Made by a program: the position numbers and the translations under genes
Notes under the pieces: model-generated
What the model saw: the letters and a program-made list of their open reading frames with translations, nothing else
Told to the model about the DNA's origin: nothing
The model's database searches: none
Shown: one piece after another, positions 1 through 11,734 of the stretch
Position numbering within the stretch: position 1 is the stretch's first letter
How the letters are laid out: every line of letters begins with the position of its first letter
From: Phallusia mammillata
Taxonomy: Eukaryota
DNA length: 64,000 nt
NCBI GenBank assembly: GCA_965637545.1
Contig: OZ281497.1
Coordinates: forward strand, 15,376,001 to 15,440,000
Direction: 5' to 3'

Positions 1-1899
1 ATTCATGACTGGTTACACATTTGCCATGTTGGTTGTTTCTCATGCACAACAAATGCCTGAAGAAACAGCCAACCCAAACAAAATTGGTGTTTATTCAAAT
101 GCTATACCTTTTCTACCCCAAGATCTACAAAAATCAATCATAAACAAACTGTACCTAAGTGGTAAAAATATTCCCTTGCAAGTGTGCAAAAGCAGTTTTA
201 CAAAAACTTCTAAAAATCATACTGAAAAAATCATTCGAGTGTATTTGAGTTAATAAAATTATTTTTACACTTTGTTTTATTGATATGTTTCAGTGTAAGT
301 GATTTTAATAGTTTCAATAAACATAGTTAAAACTGATCACGTGAAATGAATCTGAAAGGAAACACATTTTGAGGTGCAAAACAAATTTACTGGATAAGTT
401 GGAATGTGAGTAATAAGTTGAAATGTGAGTATTATACATAAACATTTAGATACAAAGAGCATTTGTTTATGACCTGTTGCTAGCTCAAACTTTGTTTTCT
501 ACTCTATGTTCTATTGAAAGTTTAACATTTTAGCCTAATAATAATATCTTGTAAGCATAGTATGATTCTTCTGTATGAACAAACTTTTTACTTTTAAAGA
601 ATATTCGACCAACTGATAATTGGTTTAATGAAAAACACAATGTAAACATTTTGTGTGTGATGTATTTAAAACAAATGATTTACCAGAAATATACATGGTA
701 TAATCGAGAGATGGAAACAATTTTTTGCATTGATTTTTACTGCAATTTGCAAGTAATGATTAAAAAACAGCACCTGCCCACCCCAAGTTTTCTGTGTTTT
801 TTGCATAATATTTGACTAAAAACTTTAAATTTTTTTGTGTAATGCAATAGCTTAATTGCAAATTGTGAGCTTCGTTGTCAAAACATAGGTCATCGTTGAA
901 TAGCACTTAGGAAACGGAAAGCAGCTGTTTATCCAAGTGTCATTTACTTAACATGTGTTTACACCGGATTTCAAACATCAAATGTTTGAATCGGCAAAGC
1001 AGACTTGTTTGTGCCAACAAGTTTCCACGGTTATTCTCTCACAAAGCGCGATTTCTGACACCATGAAAATGGTTTAAAAACCCTGTTCAAAGTTCAAACA
1101 TTGCTTTTGATCGTACCTTTTATTTAACAATCGCACCTGGCTGCGTTGGTTAGGAGAACAGAGCCGTGGTGGCCCTTCAAGTATATTCATATCCTCGCTT
1201 GATGGCGCACCTGGACTTTTGGCATTCGGTCGCGCCAGTTAAAGCAAATTTCAACTTTCTCCACAACCGCGGCTGCGAATTTAGCGCTAGTCATGCGTGT
1301 CGCTCCTTTTGGATGGAATTGTTCACACAGCGCACCGTTCAGGTAAGCACTACACTTTTATTCTTCTCAAGAGACGTTCAGTTTTACTACTGCAGAGGTA
1401 GTAATTGTCCCAGAAAGTCTGTTGGAAATTTGACAGCCAGAACTGCTTGTTATAGACTTATAATAATGTCTTCCGTCGTGTTTTGCCTCGGAGCAACGGT
1501 GTTTTGTAGTGACCATTGAATGTCGTTCCGACAAATCAAGCGCAGGTTTGAGATTCAATAGGATTTAGATATATATCAACCGCTATACCCATCGGCGGTT
1601 AGTTTGAGAAAAAAAGTTTGTCAACCACCTTCTAAATTGAAAGTGTCATAATTAGGCCAGAAAGTTGTTTTTACTCGGTGAAAGATAGCTACAGGTGTTG
1701 CAGTATGTAAGGAATATGTAAACGTTCAGCCTGTGATATGTAATTAATATGTACGTTGTGTTAAGAACTTACTTTATAACTTTATACATTTCGTTTTCAG
1801 GAGTGAAACAGCAGACATTGGCATTGTTAGGCAGCAGGCCTTTTCGGCGCGAATTGTTTGACGGCCGTTTCATTGCTGTGATTTCAAAACTCTATAAAC

Positions 1900-4800
1900 A
1901 TGGCGCAGATATTTGCTGCTTTCGGTAAGTCAGCGTGTTCCTTTTGTATGCTAGCGCCCAACAAAGGACAGGCTGTTTCGTTTGTTGTCGCAAGGAGTCC
2001 GAGGCTGTTTTTATATTTGTTCTCGTTTTCATTTGTTTTACTTGTTGCGTGTGGAAGCACTGTCTGTTCCACAGAATAGCCTAGTGCTCAGCAACCCATC
2101 CATAGGCCGGTACGCCTGTTTAGTAATTATGCACGTTGCCGCGCATAATTATATCTTGATCTAACTCAACTTCCGCAAATTGTCTTGACAAACGATATTA
2201 CCTCTTAATTTTTATGCTAAGCCAGTTTGTGTCAAAACATAGCCATAGCCCCACAAATTATTTTTGATCTAATATTTTTCTCTTCACAATTGGAATCCCA
2301 AATTGGTTAAGGAATCCTAAATTGGTTAAGGCTTTAGTAAGATAACCATGCCGACAAAACAGTTATCCTTGAGGAATGTTGTCATTGTAAATGTATTATT
2401 GGCAACAATCCAGCATCAGGTTTTGTATGAACTGAATGCGTAAATGCAAAAAACCTTCAGAAATAGTTCTCGAAACATGTTAACATTAAATTCGACCGAT
2501 GTGTTTAAAGCACTGCCCCAGGGCCTTTTTAATGCCACGTAGTATCAGGTGAAGCGTTGTCAACCGCCATCTTCCCGCATCAGTGCATAATGAACCTATC
2601 ATTATGTAGGGCTTTGTAACGCAACGCTACCTTGTCGCTAATCCATCTATCTACCCACATAGGCAAATCGCTCGGAAACAACAAGGGTTCAGTACAGAAC
2701 TTTGGGATTGTTGGAGTGACCATTGCTTCAGAGGAAATTACAAAGTTTATTTTCTTCTTTTGTCCTTGCGACTACCCCAATAACCAGGTACGTCATAATT
2801 TTCTTGTCCCATCCCAGACAGTTACGTCATTCGTACATTAATGTTTTACGACCCATAAATAAGCTTAACCCTATTTTACGACAATGTTTATCTGATATAT
2901 GCTCATATATAAGCAGCGAAATTAATATAATCTTGTTAAGCTTCGTGTGGGCGACCGTTTACTTTACACGCAATTTCAACACTTACTTGTTTGCTAAGGT
3001 TTATGGATCGATATTTATATGGGGGCCAGCGGCTGTACTGTTCATCGTTGGATACCTCGTTAACCGACGCACATGGAGACTTACCACAGGTAAATTGGCC
3101 GTAAACCCAATGTTTCATTGTCAATGTGATATTTGCTACATGTCCAATGAAATGTCACTCTAATGTATTTTTAGGTCTCTGTAACCGGACACAAGGAATA
3201 GGTAAAGGCGGGAAACGAATATTTCACTTCATATTCATCTTTATGTCGATTGGAGTAAAGGCGCTTATAGCACCTGCTACATGGGTCGTTCTGGCATTTC
3301 TCAAGGTTGGTTGCGTCGTGCCATGCCTAAGTTAGTTTGCTAGGCTGTGGTTGACTGCTTCTGGTTGAGACTAGATCCTCGTGCGGTTTCAGCAGCTAAC
3401 TAGCAGTTCACCCAACACAAGTCTTGTTTAAAGAGGCTTGTTTGCATTTTTCTCCAACGTACACAGTTACAGTCACTGAGATTCAAAATTGTTGCAATAT
3501 CTTTAAACATTAAAGCTTGACTGTAGATGTGTACAACCTGTTATACTTTCCTAGATTTGCTTACCAAGTAGCAAAGCACCAACAGCTCTGTTTCCAATGT
3601 CAATATTACCCGCATGCGATTTTTGCCCGCGTCTATTTACGCCCAATGATTTCTTAGTTACGTACTGAAAAACAAATTTTGTGTTATCTGTCTGTTGTTT
3701 AATCATGTCAAGTGGTTTGTGCTGTCCAGAGAGAATCATTTATAAGTCTTAGTTTCTTGAAGTGGAGAACAAGTATTTCACTATTAAATCACAAACGGAG
3801 CGTTACCTTGAAACTATAAAAACCTTTGATTGAAACCACATATATACTCGGTTACATAGTACAAAATATATTTAGTCACAAACCCTCGGACTAACTGATT
3901 ATGTACCCTTGGTTCTAGACATTTATGGCAAAAATATCATAATGAATATCGAATCGTTGGTTTGCTATTTTTTATTTGAGTTATGAACAGCCACAGTCAA
4001 ATATTGTTAACGCTTTGAGTCAGTTGCCCATTTCTCTTTTTTAGGGTGACTATTACGCTTGTGCACGTTGGCCCAATCCTGACAATCCCACTGAAAGAGC
4101 TACATTTAATCTTGCCGCCAGCAACGCCAGTCTGCCACGCCCTTGCATGTTCAAGTAAGTTATATTTGCACAACGCCGCAAAAACGGCATGCCAGTGCAG
4201 TAATAAGTATATTATTGGATTAATAAACACTAAAATCGTATAAACTTCCGGAACAATGACAGGCTATGTGCAAGACCTGCAACAAATTGATCTTTTTTGC
4301 CAGAAATTAAACCGACAAAAATTTAAGTCCAATTATTTAATTCCATTTGTTACGTTTATTTTATTATGTCCGATTATTTTTGCCAAACTTAAACCACGTT
4401 TGCTTCATTGTGACACGGTTGCTTGTGTTCGCCAATTTTCATCTCTATACATCAGCCACGTTGCTTAAATATTAATCATCATAAACGTTGTTCTTGGCCA
4501 TTAGCCCCAATCCTGTGAGGTTCGATGCATCAGAAGCTGAAGTCATCGCACGGAACCTCAGAGCGGAAAGTCACGTGATCGGTTGGTTCTACCTGTGCAT
4601 CGGAATGTTTCTGGGCGTCGTCTCCATGTTCATTTTCCGGTGCAAATCCAAGTACTCGTACGAACAGAGCAACTACATTGACCGGTTGGTATATACACCG
4701 CATACATTTGTAATCAACAACATTTATAACATAAAAAAGTCTTCGTTAATGTTTGACTGGAAATAATTTATGTGTTTTTGTTGTTTTAAAAATATGATTT

Positions 4801-7800
4801 GGGATTTTTTTGCTGAACGTTTTGTGTCACAGTTAATGTATCAATAGAGTGACTGTGATATGTATTTTTTCTTGGCGACTGTGACACAAATCAATTTAAA
4901 TGGGATTAAACCATTAGTGAGCTAAATATTTATCCGAAAGTGAATAAATTAAAATTGCACCTCACAAAGATGGAATCAATTCAAACCTCATTGGTTATAA
5001 AATAAGGCAAAAACGTTTACACCAGAAAAAAACATGTTCAATGAAGAAGTTGTTTTTTTCTGATATGGGTCTTTAATGTTGTTAAATTTTAGATACCGAC
5101 AGAGTGAAATAAAACTGTTTGAGGACGAACTTGAAAGCAAAGCGGAGGAGCAAGCTAAACGAATTGTCGAAGGCTATTTCAAGAAACCACGTGCTAAGGA
5201 AGAATGGGATCAGATCGCTGTGATTAACGATAAGGTAAACATAATCAGATAATTGCTGCTGCTTTGTCACCATATGATGAGAATGTGTTTGATATCTAAC
5301 GTATCTTTTTTTAATCGAGTCAATGCTTGGTTATATGCAAACGGTATGCGGCTTTTCTCTCTTTTGACCAGTTTCACTTACATAGACTATATAGGTCCCG
5401 GCGTTATATTGGCGGTTGGTATATGGTCAGTGAGGCGCCGTGACAATGTCCCATTTCGTCGCCCTTGGCATGTGAAATTCCTTTGGTGAAAACGAGGGAC
5501 TCCAGATTATAAGCCTACGTTTTGGGTTTAACATAGGATTGCTCTTCGACGTTACCTTGTTAGTTTTCAATGCAGCCCCTTTGAGTAACTTAAGTCGGTA
5601 ATGGCTTGTGTTTCGTTAAACGAGTTCTTGGTTTGTAAGGGTATTATGTTACTGAAATATTTCGTATACCTAAATCCGTTACGCATCACCGCCTCTGCGT
5701 GTTGTGTTTGTTTTTCGTCACGGCTTGGTAAGCGACCGTAAAATTGACTGCACTTTCCGTGCTTAAAGTTTAAATTCCGACACTAGAAAGGTTCAGAAAT
5801 ACAACGATACTAACAAGATTTCATTTGTGAGATTCTTAAAATCCTATGTCTCGACTTTTGAATGTCAACGTTCGTCTGTACTACAGTGTTTAAGTATTTG
5901 TGTTTGACTTGGTTTTGTCCACTCAAGAGACTTAATGCGCGTCCTTCAAATTACAAATGTTGTTTCCTGAAGTTTGGTTTGTTAAAACCAAATGATTAGT
6001 TTCTACGCTGGTTTGATATACATGTCATGTGGTTTCATTCACTTCATTGCTATTTTTTCTATCATTGGGTCAAGCCTAAATCTGTGTGTGATCGACATTA
6101 AAAATTGACTGACAATCGATCTGCGACTTAAGAGATTTGATTCATGTCAAAACAAATCGGCGTAGCCCGCAACTTGCGATAAGGCCTCCAGGCAAAGAAG
6201 TCGTTTTGTATAGATTTCCTACTTTATAAAGGTTGTAATGCAGTTAATGGTCTTGGCACTTTTACAGCGTTACTACGACGTGATTTTACGTCTAACATCG
6301 TGTCACCATTGACAATCCATTTTCTGCTGCTACCGAAGCATTGCTGTTTATTTGTAGACGTTTAATTTCAATATTGAATACCACATACAGTAGAAATCTA
6401 AAGAAACTTAACAATGTAATAACCTTTTTGAAAGTATGTTGTAGTGCACGGAAATTACTTTTTAATATCTGAAAGACTTTAAGTTTAAAAAGCTGTTAAT
6501 TTTAATGTACCTTACAGGTGACAAGGAGCAAACGAGGCAGAGCTATCTACAGTCCCCTCCACAAATTCGTCAATCGTGAACTGAGAGCAGCCGAAGATGC
6601 CAGCGCTGACGTTGGATTGGTTTCTGATGCTGCTATGAAAACTAAACGCCCATTTGCGGGAAAGAAGAAGCGTAAGTTTTAAGCGCAGGCAGATGTATCA
6701 GATTTTGTAGATGATACAGATTGGGTCAACAGAAGCCAAACCCAATGTTTACAATGGAGGTAGTTTTTCGTTTCACAGCAAGGATCAAAAGACTTATCTC
6801 TGCCTGGGCAGTTTTGTAAGCGGAAACATCAAGAAATAAAAACGAACTTCCCATGAATTGATATATTGTTACGTCATAATACAACGTAGCATGTTCGGTA
6901 CTCAATCAGTCAGACAATGTTCGGTTCTGACCAAACCCACTATTTCGTACCTGGACAACTAACGTATTGGGCTTACATTGGAATGTAGCTTAGTGCCACC
7001 AGCTAATATCTAAAAACGAGACAAGTGCCACCTACATCTTACAGCTTCCAGTTGCCGGCAACCAAGACTCTTATGATAACAACCTGTCAATTAAAACATT
7101 CCAACTTGAGTGCACACAGCACAAGTCATGAACTATACGCCGTCTTTTTTCGCTTTGTGCATTACAATGTTATGCTTCGTTTAAATGGTAATACCGCACT
7201 ACAGCATATACCGTCAGCTGCTTTGATTTAACAAATGTGTAACTGTTTTTTTTTTACTTTGTTGTGTTTGAGAACAAACACGAAACACGTACAATAACTG
7301 AAATGTCAATCAGACCCTACAAGAAATATAAGTATCTTGGTTTCCTGCAACTTATTTTGGTTGTTTCCTGTGTGAATTTATACATTTTGTTGCCCTGTTT
7401 TTATGAAGTACTTTAAACGTTACATATAAACTATAAACATATTTTAGCCTATTTCCGTTTTAACAAACAGCACATTTGTATTTTCAGCTGCAAACAATGC
7501 GAGTGGTGGTGGAAACGCACCGACGGTAATTCCAATGGGCCCAATGGGTGGGTCAAAGAAGACCGTGCTAAAAACCCAAAAACCAGTCGAGATGAAAAAG
7601 GATACATTCGAGGAGGCCAAGAATCAGCAAACACCTGCTCAAGAAAAAACAGCGCAGCCAAAAGAAGACATCGTACCCGATGTCAAAGTCGTTGATCCAT
7701 CAAAACCTGCCACATCAGCTTCTCCTGCCGTACAAATTGCCCCACAACCCACCGTAGTCTTCCCTCAACCCACTCAGTCAACCGTTATTGCTCTTGCCAT

Positions 7801-8143
7801 TCCTCCTCCTCCACAGAAACAAGATCTTGTTGCTCCTCCTGTTCATAAACCGCGTGCTCCCACTCCTGTTGAGGAGCCGACTGAAGAGCCAGAAGAGAAA
7901 CGACCAGCCGTTAGAGAGACTTCTCTTGGAGACTTCGGAGGAACTTACTCGAGAGAAGACTTGCGTGTTCCGGATGATGACGATGAGGACCCTGTGCCGG
8001 TGGGAGACAAAGTGATCCTCTTTGAAAAGCTGGATGAGGAAGAAGATGGTGGTGCTGAAGGGATGGAGCAGGTGGATGGAGGACAGGAAAATGAAGTCAC
8101 GCTGCAGGCTGACGATGAAGAACCTCTTCTTTCGGAAGACTGA
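1900..8143 (+). CDS. CALHM: CALHM-family large-pore channel (calcium homeostasis modulator-like), 9 coding exons, ~537 aa
   Basis: Exons with GT-AG ends and consistent phase: 1900-1924, 2663-2787, 2999-3089, 3175-3305, 4045-4154, 4505-4684, 5093-5234, 6518-6671, 7488-8143. Translation has family motifs FFCPC, GPAAVLFIVGYLVN, KALIAPATWVVLAFLKGDYYACA, LRAESHVIGW, YRQSEIKLFE and YSPLHKF, matching recalled CALHM sequences. Confidence 0.9.
2292..2329. repeat. 19-bp tandem duplication in CALHM intron
   Basis: GGAATCC(C/T)AAATTGGTTAA twice, one mismatch. Confidence 0.85.
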
Positions 8144-8475
8144 AGAATATATTTTCTGGAATTACTCCCATTGCACGTTTGACATGTTGTTAAGGAACTG
8201 AAGAGAATGCTGTGCATTGGTTTTGCGATAATAGTGGAAGGAAATTGTAATATCGTTGATTTCGTGTATAACTATACCATGTTGCTTGGAATTTTATAGA
8301 TTGTGCTGCCCGTTTTGATTGCAACCTAACATGTTAACTGTATAAAGTACATTTACCATGTTATTTTATTTCTAAACCGCTGTATGTGAGTAGGCGTGTG
8401 TTTACTAACAATGTACATGTTAAACCGATGAATGGACATCCTATATTGCATGTTTATTGCTGCACAATGTACTCG

Positions 8476-8481
8476 AATAAA
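8476..8481 (+). terminator. AATAAA polyadenylation signal of the CALHM-like gene
   Basis: First AATAAA after stop 8143, followed by T/GT-rich sequence. Confidence 0.6.
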
Positions 8482-8630
8482 GTGATTTCTATCTCTGTTT
8501 GTTTTTTATCTTCTATACGTACAAAACGTACCACTATAGGCATTGTGCTTTAACTTAAGAATCTTGCATACGCGCTCCGGTTGTGCAAACTACATTTTTT
8601 AAATGATGTTTGTGTTTCAGATCGTATTAA

Positions 8631-9590
8631 ATGGACGCACTCAACATAGATTGCAGCGACATAAGCGATGAAAGCGACGATGTGGAGACGGCATCTCAGG
8701 TTTGGCATCGACTGTTTGCCGAAGAATTAGAGCTTAAGCCTCTTCCGAACGCTGAAGTCAGCCCCGTTCAAATAGTGAACAAACCTAAACGAAACTCCAG
8801 ACGCCGAAAACCCGCTTATGATATTTTTCCATTTTCAAGTGAAAGTGAGCTATCCCAGACCGACACGTCAGCAGATCGTGCTAAAAGTGCCAAGCCAAAA
8901 AGGGTGACTCGGCACAAACCGCAAAAACGACGCAAGAACCCTCCGGTTCAGCTATCGGCGGCCGATGATAATGCAGAAATAGAAATTGAAAACGATAGCC
9001 CACCTGAGTTTAAACCCAGGACATCAAGAAAAGCAAAAGTGACTAAACATGCTACACCTAAAGCGTTTCGACGCTCAGCCAGATTACGCGGAACCGGAAT
9101 CGTTTTTGCAGATTCTTCGCAAAGTTTGGAGTCTGATACAATGCCGGAGAAAATAAAACCGTCAACAAATGAATTAAAAGATGGTGAGAGTACTGGGTCA
9201 GAGACGTTGTTGGATACTCCGCCGTTTGCCTCTGATGATAGTTTATTGCTGACTCCGACTGTAAGTTCCCCGCCAGTTGAGAATCCCGCTGGTATTGAAG
9301 CAAAAAGTTGTGTTGAACCCACCACTGAGTTGGACGACTTGTTTTTCTCGGCAAGCAAAACTCCTATAAAGAAAGCACCACCGCGAAAGTCGAAGAGACT
9401 GCTGAAAACAAGTAATGTTTGGATGGTTTGATTTTTGTAACTAGTGTCAAGTTCACTTGCTGACATTGCTTCTAATCTTGTTTAAAAACATTTGTTTTAT
9501 TCAGAGGAGGAAGCAGATTGTGCGGAAAACCACAGCCAGGCGAGTGGCGAAAGTACTTTGTTGACTGACGACTCACTTTGGGGCCACTAA
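8631..9590 (+). CDS. Uncharacterised low-complexity protein with alternating basic and acidic/Ser-rich tracts, probably nuclear, ~289 aa
   Basis: ORF from ATG 8631, preceded by acceptor TGTGTTTCAG (8611-8620). Donor after 9411; second exon 9505-9590 (stop TAA). A further GT-AG intron 9607-9661 lies in the 3' UTR. NLS-like clusters RRRK, KRRK, RRSARLR. No recognisable domain; the frame of the last exon depends on the acceptor chosen. Confidence 0.65.
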
Positions 9591-10543
9591 CCACAAATAT
9601 TTGATGGTAAGATTTTGTGTCAGAAAACCTGTTCACGTTTCTAACTCCATCGTGTTTACAGGTTTCTATACCCCGTTGATCATGCAGTGACCCATTGACG
9701 TTGTGCTATACAATGTTACTTCACATTTAGATGATAAATTTGTTGTGTGTAGAGCTTTTTCAAATTGTACGCGCAAACTTGGAAGTGTACTCTAAGGAAA
9801 CTTATACTCATACAATTATTCAAAGAAAATACTCCAAGAAGATAAAGTTGCTAATTTGATGCAAATTCTGCACAGAATATACATTTAACATGTAAATAAT
9901 AAGTTAGAGCACGTATATTGTGTAGAATTTATCCTATTATTTTGACCAGTTTGGTTTTATTTTGACACATTTAGGCGAGCTTTCAACAATGGTTGATTAT
10001 TCTTGGTCATTGATACGCACATATATTTACGTTGTTTGATATGTAGGACTGGGTTACTTGCTATTTGTTAAAACTGTAGGCTACTGTTATTATTATACGC
10101 GTAGGATAATATGTGCAAAAAACGAACCTTCGGGCCGTGACAGAAATGTACCAGCTAGAATTTGTATCCGCTAGCTGGCAGTATTGGATTAATTGAGGTT
10201 CGTGGAAAAAATTTACAAAAGCCCAAGCCTTGTGGGAATTTTCACTTTTTAAGTATGGTTAACAATGGTTAGGTTGTCGGTTGTTAACTATTCCAGCTGC
10301 TCATAATGTTTCAATAAGTCGAAATTAGTTAAATGCAGTTAGCTGGTATTCAAAAAAATACCTTCAAGCAATACCAAGTTCTTCCACAAATTTTCCTTTT
10401 CACATTATTTAATTCCCCCTTTTGACTCAGTGTCACTTTTGACTACCGTCAAAATTAAAAAAAAACGAATACCGCCTTTTTTGGTCACAAGTCGTTTTAC
10501 AGCAAAAATAGTAGACTACTGCAAGTGTTAAAATAGGGCACAT

Positions 10544-11734
10544 CTAGACAAGCAGCGGGGAGTCCAACATTGCAACTCCTGTCGCAACGCCGCCATCATT
10601 CTGGTCCTTGGGTTTCGAACGGAGCAAATGTCCAGCAGCGTAATTCTCCAACATCTTGTCGCCGCAGGCAAGGTAGACTCCGTATATTCCTAATTCCGAA
10701 ACAACTTCTTCCTTTGTGGCGGTTCCACCACATATTGCATAGTTCGGAGTCGGTTTTGGATTGATAAGGTCCATGAGGATGTAGGCACTACGTCGGCTGT
10801 CGTTTCCTATTTCTCTCAACAGTTTTGCAATATCTTCGCCATAAATGTTGTTTCCTCCCCCTTCGCGTTGTGGTTTCAAAACATATTTTTGTGGATTTTC
10901 AATTGCCATCTTGACCACGGAATCGCCTTCCTCATTCATTTCCAAAGAGTAAAGACCTGAAAATGTTCGCCTAATATTAGCGGCAGCAGTTTCACCCACA
11001 AATTGTTCCACTACTTCTTTCCTCGCAAAAATCTCCTGCATTTTCTTTGATCCAAACAATTGTTGTCCAACTGATGGACATTTTATTGCACGGCTAAATT
11101 CCATGTCTTTGCGTATTTTCCAAATCTCTTCAGAAGCATAATGATGTGGTTGTAAAGCAGCTCGAAAATATAAAAGCCCCACTTCTTCTCCATCTATGGA
11201 AAATGTTCCATCATTTGACAGTTGAGTTCTTCCAGGAAGGCTGCTAAACTTTACCCCCTTGATTTTAATTTCAGGATTGATGTTGTTTATAGCATATTCA
11301 AATGCACGTTGGTCATAGGTATTGGTTTCAAAATCGCCCAGTAGAAAAATCATTGCAGCATTTGGATTTCCATAAAGTTTCCAAGCTTTCACAAAACCTT
11401 CAGCAACTTTTTGGTTTTCTGGATTTTGAGGCAATTGCAAAACCAGATCTGGGAGGTTGGCTTTCCCCAACACTCTTTTGTGAATGTCACACATTTTCTG
11501 TGTGCCGATGCCACCAAAGCTCACTGACATTGTATTGATCTCGATTTGTTTTGGTGGGGCTGTTCCACTGATTGGATCAAAGTCAAACATGTAGTCTGAC
11601 CTTACATAGGCCAGTTCAGGGGGCATTGACCTTTCACTTGCAATTACTTCTTCAAAAATGTGAACGTATATTTTGAATCCGAACACTACCCGTAGGCCTA
11701 ATATATTACTGGACGAATCACTATTTTGTGTCAC
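10544..11734 (-). CDS. GSS: Eukaryotic-type glutathione synthetase, uninterrupted C-terminal ~370 codons; 5' end unresolved (tentative short first exon 11764-11827)
   Basis: Motifs RSDYM, KQIEINTMSVSFGG, ETNTYDQR, AIKCPS, GSKKMQ, YVLKPQREGGGNN, SELGIYG, GHLLRSK and DGGVATGVAMLDSPLLV, all collinear with human GSS. Confidence 0.9.
   Translation of the reverse strand: MTQNSDSSSNILGLRVVFGFKIYVHIFEEVIASERSMPPELAYVRSDYMFDFDPISGTAPPKQIEINTMSVSFGGIGTQKMCDIHKRVLGKANLPDLVLQLPQNPENQKVAEGFVKAWKLYGNPNAAMIFLLGDFETNTYDQRAFEYAINNINPEIKIKGVKFSSLPGRTQLSNDGTFSIDGEEVGLLYFRAALQPHHYASEEIWKIRKDMEFSRAIKCPSVGQQLFGSKKMQEIFARKEVVEQFVGETAAANIRRTFSGLYSLEMNEEGDSVVKMAIENPQKYVLKPQREGGGNNIYGEDIAKLLREIGNDSRRSAYILMDLINPKPTPNYAICGGTATKEEVVSELGIYGVYLACGDKMLENYAAGHLLRSKPKDQNDGGVATGVAMLDSPLLV

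Noticed and set aside
5-253. 82-aa ORF at the window start and a possible minus-strand exon pair
   Set aside because: No recognisable motif, and no consistent multi-exon frame could be built on either strand.
947-1558. ORFs and splice signals on both strands upstream of CALHM
   Set aside because: All spliced frames hit stops quickly. The donor at 1343 is best explained as a non-coding 5' exon of CALHM.
7788-9466. Overlapping and antisense ORFs (7788-8015, 7945-8217, 8948-9466, 9058-9354) and similar ones inside Prdm exons
   Set aside because: Shadow frames of real coding exons with biased composition.
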